Assembly: GCA_032718475.1 (NCBI GenBank)
Contig: JAUCBJ010002568.1
Location: 1-34,054 of the forward strand
DNA from: Nemertoderma westbladi
Taxonomy: Eukaryota; Animalia; Xenacoelomorpha
Reading direction: 5' to 3'
Length of the DNA stretch: 34,054 nt
A program made the translations under genes and the position numbers. Numbering within the stretch: position 1 is the first letter of the stretch; every line of letters starts with the position of its first letter. The notes under the pieces are model-generated. The model worked only from the letters and a program-made list of their open reading frames with translations. It was not told the DNA's origin and searched no databases. Positions 11,099 to 22,988 of the stretch are shown here, one piece after another.

Positions 11099-12371
11099 TC
11101 CACGAAGCTAAGGAAAATCAACTACTTTCGCTAAGAAAGATTTTCCTTAGCTGAGATGGTCTATTCATAGTGGGCTATTTTACTTGTGTGAGGCAGATTT
11201 GGGGTTTTTTGATAGGCGAAAAAACTAGCCTTTAAAAGTACCCTGAAATTTTGCATGTATATACTACTCGACGAGGCGCATCTTTTGGGCCGGGTCTCAT
11301 ATCCAGGAAAAATCTGGTTTCCATGGCAACGGACTTCAAAAAAAGTCTATGTATTTCAAGTCAATATTTATAACTCTATTTGTAGGAAAACTATAATAGA
11401 TATAAACTTGGGGTTTCGCAACACAACTATAAGGTCCATAGCAGATCCGATTGAGGCTAAATAGAAAATCCAGTTACCTTGGCAACCGGGATAAACAGAT
11501 GTTAAAATTTATAAAATGTTAATTTGAAGCCTAAGGGCAAGGTGTTATGACTTGGGACCAACCCCTACCCCCACTATATAACTTATTCTGCATCCGAATT
11601 ACATTGTTCTATTTTTCAGTTACCATGACAACCGCTGAAAACAGATGTTTTTATTCAAAACTTATTCATTTGGACATAGACTTCACGATAAAATTTTACA
11701 AAACTGGGTATGTGTTATCTGGACCACTAGTTGGAACTTTTAGTGAAACTCAAAACATTCCAGAAATATCTAGTTACCGTGGTAACTGGAGTTTATTACA
11801 GATTATATCATTCAAGTCTATATTCATAACTCTATTTGTAGAAAAACCGCAATAGATATAAACTTGGGGTTTCTCAACTCAACTATAAGGTTCATATCCA
11901 AGCCGTTCGAGGTTAATTAGAAATTCCAGTCACCATAGCAACAAGACTAAACAGATATTAAAATTTATAAAATGATAATTTGAAGCACAAGTTAATAGTA
12001 TTATGACTTGGGACCAACACCTACCCCCACTATATGACTTATTCTGCATCCGAATTACATTGTTCTATTTTTCAGTTTCCATGACAACCACTACAAACAG
12101 ATGCATTTTGATAGAAAATCGGTAATTTGGACATAAACTACAATATTTTCTAAAACTCAGTACATGTGTTATCTGAACCACAATCTGTACTGAATTTTTT
12201 TTCAAAGGTTAAAGCAACAGTTCCAGCGAACTCTAGTTTCCATGGGAATAGAAGTTAATTATTGACAATTGCTACTAAACGAGGCTAAGCAAGCAACGAA
12301 CCAAAGTGTGGCCGTTTGTTTAATTTTCCTTAGCTTCGTGGTTGCATTTCCTTTAGGAAATGCCTTTCTCG
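11099..12371 (+). mobile_element. Nested copy D (1273 bp)
   Basis: Both termini present. Inserted at cacaagt|taatagt. Confidence 0.92.
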
Positions 12372-12490
12372 TAATAGTATTATGACTTGGGACCAACACC
12401 TACCCCCACTATATGAGTTATTCTGCATCCGAATTACATTGTTCTATTTTTCAGTTTCCTTGACAACCACTGCAAACAGATGCATTTTGA

Positions 12491-13753
12491 TCCACGAAGC
12501 TAAGGAAAATCAACTACTTTCGCTAAGAAAGATTTTCCTTAGCTGAGATGGTCTATTCATAGTGGGCTATTTTACTTGTGTGAGGCAGATTTGGGGTTTT
12601 TTGATAGGCGAAAAAACTAGCCTTTAAAAGTACCCTGAAATTTTGCATGTATATACTACTCGGCGAGGCGCATCTTTTGGGCCGGGTCTCATATCCAGGA
12701 AAAATCTGGTTTCCATGGCAACGGACTTCAAAAAAAGTCTATGTATTTCAAGTCAATATTTATAACTCTATTTGTAGGAAAACTATAATAGATATAAACT
12801 TGGGAATTCGCAACACAACTATAAGGTCCATAGCAGATCCGATTGAAGCTAAATAGAAAATCCAGTTACCTTGGCAACCGGGATAAACAGATGTTAAAAT
12901 TTATAAAATGATAATTTGAGGCCTAAGGGCAAGGTGTTATGACTTGAGACCAACCCCTACCCCCACTATATAACTTATTCTGCATCCGAATTACATTGTT
13001 CTATTTTTCAGTTACCATGACAACAGCCGAAAACAGATGTTTTTATACAAAAATTATTCATTTGGACATAGACTTCGCGATAAAATTTTACAAAACTGGG
13101 TATGTGTTATCTGCACCACTAGTTGGAACTTTTAGTGAAACTTAAATCATTCCAGAAATTTAGTTACCATGGTAACTGTAGTTTATTAAACTCTATATCA
13201 TTCAAGTCTATATTGATAACTCTATTTCTAGCAAAACTGTAATATATATAAACTTGGGGTTTTGTAACTCATCTATAAGGTCCATATACAAGCCGTTCGA
13301 AGTTAATTAGAAAATCCATTTACCATAGCAACAAGAGTAAACAGATGTTAAAATTAATAAAATGATAATTTGAAGCACAATTTAATAGTATTATGACTTG
13401 GGACCAACACCTACCCCCACTATATGACTTATTCTGCATCCGAATTACATTGTTCTATTTTTCAGTTTCCATGACAACCACTGCAAACAGATGCATTTTG
13501 ATAGAAAATCTGTAATTTGGACATAAACTACAATATTTTCTGAAACTCGATGTATTATCTGAAAAACAATCTGGACTGAATCTTTTTTCAAAGGTAAAAC
13601 CAACAGTTCCAGAGAACTCTAGTTTCCATGGGAATAGAAGTTATTTATTGGCAAATGCTACTAAACTAGGCTAAGCAACGAACCAAATTGTGGCCGTTTG
13701 TTTAATTTTCCTTAGCTTCGTGGTTGCATTTCCTTTAGGAAATGCCTTTCTAG
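12491..13753 (+). mobile_element. Nested copy E (1263 bp)
   Basis: Both termini present (ends CTAG). Inserted at cattttga|tagaaaatc. Confidence 0.92.
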
Positions 13754-14022
13754 TAGAAAATCGGTATTTTGGACATAAAGTACAATATTTTCTGAAACTC
13801 GGTATATGTGTTATCTGAACCACAATCTGGACTGAATCTTTTTCAAAGGATGAACCAACAGTTCCATAGAACTCTAGTTTCCATGGAAATACAAGCTAAT
13901 TATTGGCAAATGCTACTAGACTAGGCTAAGCAACGAACCAAAGTGTGGCCGTTTGTTTAGTTTTCCTTAGCTTCGTGGTTGCATTTCCTTTAGGAAATGC
14001 CTTTCTAGTAGGAAAACTATAA

Positions 14023-15761
14023 TCCACGAAGCTAAGGAAAATCAACTACTTTCGCTAAGAAAGATTTTCCTTAGCTGAGATGGTGTATTCATAGTGGGCT
14101 ATTTTACTTGTATGGAGCAGATTTGGTCCTTTTTTATTCCGGAAAAATCTAGCCTTTAAAAGTACCCTGAAATTTTGCATGTATGTACTACTCGTCGAGG
14201 CGCATCGTGTGGGCTGGGTCTCATATCCAGGAAAAATCTGGTTTCCATGGCAACGGACTTAGAAAAAAGTCTATGTATTTCAAGTCAATATTTATAACTA
14301 TATTTGTAGGAAAACTATAATAGATATAAACTTGGGGTTTCTCAACTCAACTATAAAGTCCATAGCAGAGCCGATTGAGGTTAAATAGAAAATCCAGTTA
14401 CCTTGGCAACCGGGCTAAACAGATGTTAAAATTTATAAAATGTTAATTAGAAGCCTAAGGTTAAGGTGTTATGACTTTGGACCAACCCCTACCCCCACTA
14501 TATAACTTATTCTGCGTCCGAATTTGATTGTTCTATTTTGCAGTTACCATGACAACCGCTGGAAACAGATGTTTTTATACAAAAATTACTAATTTGGACA
14601 TAGACTTTGCGATAAAATTTTACGAAACTGGGTATGTGTTATCTGGACAACTAGTTGGAACTTTTAGTGAAACTCAAATCATTCCAGAAATATCTATTTA
14701 CCGTGGTAACTGGAGTTTATTACAGATTATATCATTCAAGTCTATATTCATAACTCTATTTATAGAAAAACCGCAATAGATATAAACTTGGGGTTTCTCA
14801 ACTCAACTATAAGGGCCATAGTCGAGCAGATTGAGGTAAATTAAAAAATCCTGTTACCATGGCAACCAGGCTAAACAGATGTTCAAATTTATAAAATGAT
14901 AATTTTAAGCAAAAGTTAAAGGTATTACAGTATGACATGGGACCAATCCCTACCCCCTCTATATAACTTATTCTGCATCCGAATTACGTTGTTCTATTTT
15001 TCAGTTTCCATGGCAACCGCTAAAAACAGATGTTTTGACACAAAAATTTTTCATTTTAAACATAGACTAAGCGATAACATTCTCTGAAACTGGGTATGTA
15101 ATACATGGACTCCTATTTGGAACTTTTTGAAAAACTCAAAACTTCTAGAAATATCTAGTTACCATGGTAACTGGAATTTATTAAAATCTATTACATTAAA
15201 GTCTATATTATTAACTCTATTTGTACAACAACCATAATAGATCGAAACTTGAAGTTTTTCATCTCAATTATAAAGACAATTGTTGCGCTTATTGAGGTCA
15301 ATTAGAAAATTCAGTTACCAGGCAACCAGGATAAACAGATGTTTAAATCTATAAAATAATTACTTAAGCCATAACATTAAGATATTACGACTTGGGACCA
15401 ACCCCTACCCCCACTATATCACTTATTCTGCATCCAATTAACGTTTTTATATTTATCAGTTTCCAAGACAACCACTGCAAACTGATGTTTTAACAAATAC
15501 ATCCTTAATTTTGGACATCAACTACTCAATGAAACTTCTTGAAGTCAATTTGTGTCAAGGAACCACAAACTGGATCTTAATGTAAAACCGAGCAGTTCTA
15601 GAAAACTCCAGTTGCCATGGTGATGGGAGTTGAATTAAGACATATGACTTTTAACTAGGTAAACCAATGAACTGATGAGGCAAGTGTGTTTGATGGCAAG
15701 TCCGTTTGTTTAATTTTCCTTAGCTTCGTGGTTGCATTTCCTTTAGGAAATGCCTTTCTAG
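14023..15761 (+). mobile_element. Copy F (1739 bp, one extra internal ~455-bp repeat unit, more diverged 3' half)
   Basis: Both termini present. The tataaacttggggttt-type landmark occurs three times (about 14325, 14781 and 15243) rather than twice. Confidence 0.88.
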
Positions 15762-15796
15762 TTAAAATTTATGAAATGTTAATTTCAAGCCTAAGG

Positions 15797-16560
15797 TCCA
15801 CGAAGCTAAGGAAAATCAACTACTTTCGCTAAGAAAGATCCACGAAGCTAAGGAAAATCAACTACTTTCGCTAAGAAAGATTTTCCTTAGCTGAGATAGT
15901 CTATTCATAGTGGGCCCTTTTACTTGTGTGAGGCAGATTTGGGGTTTTTTGACTCCAGAAAAAACTAGCCTTTAAAAGTACCCTGAAATTTTGCATGTAT
16001 ATACTACTCGTCGAGGCGCATCTTTTGGGCTGGGTCTCATATCCAGGAAAAATCTGGTTTCCATGGCAACGGACTTAGAAAAAAGTCTATGTATTTCAAG
16101 TCAATATTTATAACTCTATTTGTAGGAAAACTATAATACATATATACTTGGGGTTTCTCAACTCAACTATAAGGTCCAAAGCAGAGCCGATTGAGGTTTA
16201 ATAGAAAATCCAGTTGCCTTGGCAACCGGGCTAAACAGATGTTAAAATTTATAAAATGTTAATTTGAAGCCGAAGGAATGTGTTATGAATTGGGACCAAT
16301 CCCTACCCCCACTATATAACTTATTCTGCGTCCGAATTTCATTGTTTTATTTTGCAGTTACCATGACAACCGTGTAAACAGATGTTTTTAAGCAAAAATT
16401 ACTCATTTGGACATAGACTTCGCGATAAAATTTTATGAAACCGGGTATGTGTAATCTGGACTGGAACACTAGTTGGAACTTTTAGTGAAACTCAAAACAT
16501 TCCAGAAATATCTAGTTACCATGGTGACTGGAGTTTATTAAAGTCTATATCATTCAAGTC
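15797..16560 (+). mobile_element. 42-bp 5' stub G (15797-15838) interrupted by 3'-truncated copy H (15839 to about 16560)
   Basis: Two consecutive 5' termini. H shares diagnostic variants with copy A (ggactggaacactag, gttgccttggcaac, atgaattgggaccaatccc) and decays into short cattcaagtc duplications. Confidence 0.85.
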
Positions 16561-16807
16561 TTCATCATTCAAGTCAAGTATATCATTCATCTAATATAAT
16601 TAATTGTTTAAAGATTAGCAAACAATACGATGTAATTGCATTGATAAAACCCATAAATAAAACTTGGATATAAAATGTAAAATCGGGATGCAAAAGATCA
16701 CTTTCTGAGCTACGAAAGGAAAATTGGATACAACTTATCTGGATACAAGCGGTCCCCGTTTACCTTACAAAATGAAAAATAAGAATGTGCGAAGTTAAGA
16801 GCAGTCA

Positions 16808-16930
16808 GGGGGGAAGTGTCCGCGGGGGGGGAAGTGTCTGGGGGGAAGTGTCCGGGGGGGAAGTGTCCTACTTGAGCGGGGGGGAACTGTCCGGGGGGGA
16901 AGTGTCCGGGGGGGGAAGTGTCCGAACACC
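16808..16930. repeat. G-rich tandem repeat (Gn-AAGTGTCC) x7, probably subterminal repeats of a DNA transposon end
   Basis: ggggggaagtgtcc-type units ending in gaacacc. The GHFPP-repeat ORF on the minus strand is a translation artefact. Confidence 0.8.
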
Positions 16931-17327
16931 AGAGTTCTGAGGTAGAGTTCTCTCTACCTTTAGGTAGAGAGAAAGGCTCCAGTGTAGTAATGGCTGGTCT
17001 CGCCACTGTAGTAAACATGCCTGTAAGAGTGCAGTGTGAGGCGCCCTAACTTATTATTTTCTACATATTTTTTACAGTACTAATCTAATAATTAACACAC
17101 CTTTACCTGTCACGTGTCACTTAGGTTATAAGCAGTGTGCTAGCACTTGCAGCGTAATAATTAATTATTTACTTTAATTATATTCGATTGGTAATAAAAA
17201 TAACAAGTTCATATATTTAATTTGTAAAAATTCTTTAAAATATGAGAAAAGTATTTACATAGATTTTTCTTTATTTAGCAGTTTAATACGCTATAATATA
17301 AATGCTCTCATAAATACAGTTAGGGGG

Positions 17328-17542
17328 GGACTGGACGCAATAAAAATTCATCACTCTCCAGGGGAAATTTGACGCAAATAACAGATGATTACTCTCAAAA
17401 ATAAAACTGTAATGTTCATTTATGTTTAATATATTGTTTTGGTTAAAATATCGTGCCACTGTAACCTGCTCCTTTCCCTAAATTGAGAATTTAACATTGA
17501 GGCGGGATATTAATTCGCCAAGGCGAGTTTTGCGTCCAGTCC
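17328..17542 (+). mobile_element. ~215-bp MITE with terminal inverted repeats GGACTGGACGCAA
   Basis: ggactggacgcaa at 17328-17340 and ttgcgtccagtcc at 17530-17542, extended outward by G and C runs. Inverted ~145-bp partial copies lie at 18700-18845 and 20362-20507. Confidence 0.75.
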
Positions 17543-18249
17543 CCCCCCCCCCCCCCCCCCCCTGTCTCGATAAATAATAATTTAATCATCGTAAATTCAC
17601 CCAAATATGCCGACTCTGTTGACTGTTAGCACAGAGCCAGAGCCTGATATTATAATGTTTTCAGTTACTATCGCCCGCTTAATCTGAATTTCATCAGTAT
17701 ACCGAACTCGTTCGAGACTGAGTGTCGCTATTTAATAGCTACCTCTCGCCCTGTCACAGACCCAGCTTCTAACTATAAAACTATAATTAGGACGCCTTCA
17801 TACAGAACACGTTGCCATTTCATAATGACTCTAAACTGAAGCTACACAAAGGAAAAGGTGAGAAGTGATTATCTAATAATAACACACAAAATCCGATTAT
17901 TATACATACTCCTCCTTTTAACAAAGCCGCATTCAACTAACTCCCTTATTACGTATTAGCCTGTGCTGTATCAATGCCTCAGTGGGTGGTCTCTATTACA
18001 ACTGAAAGGCCCGACTCAGCTCCAGGTAAGTTAACAATCTGTCAATAATAAAAATGAAAGCGAGCCGACATTTAGTCAGAGCAACCAAATGGATGTCCAA
18101 GGAGACGTGCTGTCTGGACTTGACTAAGTCGAGTTAAATCGCTTCGCCAAAACGACCAAGTAGCCCATAGGAATACACCACATTTTTTGGCGATTTTGGT
18201 CATTTTGGCCGCCAAAACGACCAAGTTAATGTTTATTGGGATTGGGACT

Positions 18250-21200
18250 GTAGGTGGCGCTTCAAACGAATACCAAACGAAACGGATATCAAACGATACC
18301 CCAATAAGTATAAAATACGATACAACACGTTCGTGGGGCGTCGCGCAGCACACGAACTTGAGCAAGTTCGAAACAAGTTCGATTTGATCTGGAGTCAAAT
18401 GTTCAAGAGGTATTTGCCCGTAACTTTCAAAAATATTGGAACTTTTTATGTAATATGAATGCCCGTACAAAATTTGGTTGAAAATGGTTAAAATATTCAA
18501 AAGTTATTTACAAATGAATTTTTCATTACAGACGGACAGACAGACAGACAGGCGAACATGAAATTTTGCCCTATTTGCTAATTATAATTGTGCGCTAAGG
18601 CTCGCCCTGACTGCATGGCTCGCCCCACAGGGCACTCTTATTGAAACTGCTCTGAGTTGGAGTTATGTCTACTTAAATAAACATGTATCGAATTCGATAC
18701 AGTTACAGTGGCACGTTATTTTAACCAAAACAATCAACTAAACACAATAGAACAGGTTACAGTTTTATTTTTGAGAGTAATCATCTGTTATTTGCGTCGA
18801 ATTTCTCCTGGAGAGGGATTGATTAATTTTTATTGCGTCCAGTCCTTTTTGTTTTCGTGAGGTGGCATTTTATTTAATGAAAACAGTTAAAGTGAACCTA
18901 CTACTGCAAACATTACAAAACATTCTAGAATAATATTTTGAAGTATTTAAAGGCAACAGATTAACATTTTAAGGTGTATTATTAGGAATTATAAATTTTT
19001 AAAAAAATGTTCTAGAACAAAAAAGATTTGTTCTACATTTTTTTTTTCAAAACTATAGCTAATATGACATAGAACATTAAAACAAATAAAGTGGCAAAAA
19101 CTAGCTACTTCAAAAATATCCCGGTTGTGGGTACACATACTGTAGTTAGTAGTGCCCCCCCCCCCCCCCCCCCCTTATCTGTCAAAATTTGTATTAATAT
19201 TCCATAGTTAGGTTGCTTCAGTCAACCAATATATTCCTATGGGGTCATAGGCTGTACTAATATAAACAGAACCGTCTTATATGTTTTATTTGTCAGAGTA
19301 ACTTACTACTACTACTACTAGGTCGAGCGAACTCGGACAGTGGAAATGAGATCCTTCCAGGCTTCCCGATTCCCCATAGTAATCAGCTGTTATTTGGCTC
19401 CAATTTCCCCTAGAGTGCGATTAATTTTTATTGCGTCCAGCAAAAATATTTGCTATCTGGTCAATTTGACCACATAACTTGACCAACTACCCCCATAATG
19501 ACAATTTTAGCTGTTTGGTGTGCATCCTTCGTACCAGAAATAATTAACCATCCAGAACAAAGGCAGCCAATTTTGGCGCGAAGGTTTAAACTTTGAAGGG
19601 CATTTTCTCGGAATGACATTTTTCATTAACAAATTACTACTCCTCCGTCATTTTTCAACCAATTTTCTTCGTTTTTGGCTCATTCGAACGAGTTTTGGAA
19701 GCTCTTTAAAGTCATCTTATGGAATTTTGATAAATATTACCATTTCTGGCAATTAGCCAATTTTAATTAACATATTATCCTTCAAATATAAAAATACATA
19801 AATTCGACTAATATATCGAATTTCACTCTTATAATAAGAAATACGTATTGCTTATTATTTACAAATATGATAGTTTTATAACGTAGTTAACGCGTAATTT
19901 TTATTTTCATGGTAGGTGGCGCTTCAAACGAATACCAAACGAAACGGATATCAAACGATACCCCAATAAGTATAAAATACGATACAACACGTTCGTGGGG
20001 CGTCGCGCAGCACGCGAACTTGAGCAAGTTCGAAACAAGTTCGATTTGATCAGGAGTCAAATGTTCGAGAGGTATTTGCCCGTAACTTTCAAAAATATTG
20101 GAACTTTTTCTGTAATATGAACGCCCGTACAAAATTTGGTTGAAAATGGTTAAAATATTCAAAAGTTATTTACAAATGAATTTTTCATTACAGACGGACA
20201 GACAGACAGACAGGCGAACATGAAATTTTGCCCTATTTGCTAATTATAATTGTGCGCTAAGGCTCGCCCTGACTGCATGGCTCGCCCCACAGGGCACTCT
20301 TATTGAAACTGCTCTGAGTTGGAGTTATGTCTACTTAAATAAACATGTATCGAATTCGATACAGTTACAGTGGCACGTTATTTTAACCAAAACAATAAAC
20401 TAAACACAATAGAACAGGTTACAGTTTTATTTTTGAGAGTAATCATCTGTTATTTGCGTCGAATTGCTCCTGGAGAGGGATTGATTAATTTTTATTGCGT
20501 CCAGTCCTAAACTACCTACTTCAAAAACATCCCGGTCGTGGGTACACATACTGTAGTTAGTAGTGCCCCCCCCCCCCCCCCTTATCTGTCAAAATTTGTA
20601 TTAATATTCCATAGTTAGGTTGCTTCAGTCAACCAATATATTCCTATGGGGTCATAGGCTGTACTAATATAAACAGAACCGTCTTATATGTTTTATTTGT
20701 CAGAGTAACTTACTACTACTACTACTAGGTCGAGCGAACTCGGACAGTGGAAATGAGATCCTTCCAGGCTTCCCGATTCCCCATAGTAATCAGCTGTTAT
20801 TTGGCTCCAATTTCCCCTAGAGTGGGATTAATTTTTATTGCGTTCAGCAAAAAATATTTGCTATCTGGTCAATTTGACCACATAACTTGACCAACTACCC
20901 CCATAATGACAATTTTAGCTGTTTGGTGTGCATCCTTCGTACCAGAAATAATTAACCAACCTGAACACAGACAGCCAATTTTGGCGCGAAGGTTTAAACT
21001 TTGAAGGGCATTTTCTCGGAATGACATTTTTCATTTTCAAATTACTACTCCTCCGTCATTTTTCAACCAATTTTCTTCGTTTTTAGCTCATTCGAACGAG
21101 TTTTGGAAGCTCTTTAAAAGTCATCTTATGGAATTTTGTTTGATAAATATTACCATTTTTTGCAATTAGCCAATTTTAATTAACATATTATCCTTCCAAT

Positions 21201-21326
21201 ATAAAAATACATAAATTCGACTAATATATCGAATTTCACTCTTATAATAAGAAATACGTATTGCTTATTATTTACAAATTTTATTATACCTTTATTATAA
21301 TTTTATTATTTATAACGTACTTAACG
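18250..21326. repeat. Tandem segmental duplication (18250-19892 and 19912-21326) of a mosaic of repeat fragments
   Basis: Near-identical from gtaggtggcgcttcaaacg to ttataacgta(g/c)ttaacg. The second copy lacks ~250 bp (about 18847-19097). Both contain (CAGA)n, (TAC)n, a C run and the MITE fragment. Confidence 0.95.
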
Positions 21327-21423
21327 GTTGATGAACGAGTACAGTGATTTTATGAAGATTGACAGGTAATCTTATATCATTGCTTTCGCTTGGTATGCTT
21401 AGGTGTATACTTCGTATAAATTG

Positions 21424-22988
21424 TCATTTTCTCTTCCTCGCAGGGCGCGTCACGTCATCGCTTGAGAGCGTCTCGTTGGGACCGGGGTGGATATCTACCG
21501 CATCTGGTGTCGGTGAAGTCGGACGGTCGGTGTATGTCCCAGTGGAGGTACTGGGCAAGGATAGGAAATCAACGGGTCTCATTGCGCCCGAGTCGACAGC
21601 CGGCCGACGGATCTCTAATCCCGGAGGAGCAGCTAAGCGCTTCCGCACAGCAGCTTGCACTGGTCCGGAGAGGACAGTTTGGGTAACGACACCAGACGGG
21701 GTGAGCACGACTGAGGTCGCTTCTAGATGGATTGGTTCCTCCGCTTGGTCGGGGGCGTCCATAACATCAGTCTGTATTTGTCCAACCGAGAAACCAGGTT
21801 TAATAATGGGTCTCTCGATCACCGATTGATGGAGATTGGAAATACATACGTCTCGGAATATAGCAAAGCCACCGCTGGCTAGCTCATCCACTGCGAAGCG
21901 ACGCAGCTCTCGCTGAGACAGTGATCTCTCACGGAACCAACTGCCAATGTTGGCGAAGGGGGTTAAGAAACGCCGAAAGCATTTGAAGTTCAGGAATTTA
22001 CCAAGTTCATCGAGTTTGGCGAGTTGGGTTCCCAACAGCAACGGGTGCGCTCTCGGTGTGCGGATACAGACATCTGCAAGCCATCTTGATAACGCTTTGG
22101 TTCTCGAATATGAGGTACATTGCTAGCGAGGGGTGCAAGGGGACGCTCATAAAGCTATATACAGCGCCAGGGGTGGTGAGTGGCCCTTGAAAGTAATAAG
22201 GCGAAAATGAATCACCATTAACTTTGGAATACGTCTCGCGATCGGTTTCCTTAAAGTTCCAACCATACTCTTGAAAAGCAATGTGGTCAGAGGACGTACG
22301 GTCAACTCTGCTATATGTATCACTGGCGTTGCGTCGATAATACCCGGAAGAAGCCGCGGGATTGCGCCCAAGGAAGGATGACTCGGGTGTCAACAAAGGG
22401 GTATGGTATGTCGTGGACGATAGGGAAATCGTCTGTCAAATCCCGATATATGGCTGAACTGAGTTTATAAACTGATTCGTCTAAGAGAATGTCCAGCACG
22501 GGTTGCGGCAATAATGCTGTACCTATTCCCATGGCCGGGTGTCGGTTCGTGTCGTTAACATAAGCCTCCGCTTTAACAAACTGTTGATGTCTCACATGGC
22601 GTTGAGAGGCGGTCAAGGCTGGGAAAACGCGGTTGGTACCGCAACAAGTATGCGTAAAAACGTGCGTGGCTCCAGTGAGGCTGCGGATATGAATCAACGG
22701 AGTTGAGTCAAGCTCAGGATCCGTTACTGAGTCTTCGTTATCGTAGATCATAACGCCATAACTGTGGATAGCATTAACTGTATGTAACCATTCAGCATTA
22801 ACCACTTCGGTGGTCAGTTCTACTGGTTTCCATAACGTATCCAACGAACTGGGTTCTCCACGCGCTTTTCTTATAATTTCATAACTAGGCATTTCACGTA
22901 TATTCGCGTTTGGTTCGCCGACATATCTCAAATCATCTTCAATGAGGGCTACATCCAAGTTCCAGTTGATGAGACGACGGTAATCCAT
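21424..22988 (-). pseudogene. Frameshifted accessory gene of the left BEL/Pao element; putative DEDDy (WRN/EXD-like) 3'-5' exonuclease domain with a basic C-terminus
   Basis: Three overlapping ORFs (22988-22320, 22396-22007, 22041-21424) join by two frameshifts into ~520 aa. Motifs in exonuclease order: VMIYDNE, LIHIRSLTGATHVF, LPQPVLDILLDESVYKLSSAIYRDL, FVDT, PLHPSLAMYLIFE. Ends RPARKRK. Family assignment by eye. Confidence 0.6.

Larger units (their letters stand above)
7986..14008 (+). mobile_element. Host copy A of a non-autonomous Helitron/Helentron-like element, split by four nested copies
   Basis: Segments 7986-8748, 10016-10090, 11036-11098, 12372-12490 and 13754-14008 sum to 1275 bp and rejoin seamlessly into one unit. 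5' end TCCACGAAGCTAAGGAAAAT. 3' end TTTTCCTTAGCTTCGTGG, then hairpin GCATTTCCT-TT-AGGAAATGC, then CTTTCTAG. Confidence 0.9.

Noticed and set aside
8532-14779. Repeated short ORFs (MYILLDEAHL..., MTWDQPLPPL...) as a gene family
   Set aside because: They are chance frames within the non-coding repeat, and stops vary between copies (e.g. acttag versus acttca).
7986-16560. Simple head-to-tail satellite or classical TIR MITE array
   Set aside because: Junctions show precise nesting without TSD, and the inverted repeat is subterminal at the 3' end, followed by a hairpin and CT(A/C)G.
16710-17018. Proline-rich protein with GHFPP repeats
   Set aside because: Translation of the G-rich tandem repeat, with no other coding signal.
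18072-20162. Duplicated ORFs MNILTIFNQILYG...
   Set aside because: Non-ATG starts, no recognisable domain, and located inside duplicated repeat-derived sequence.
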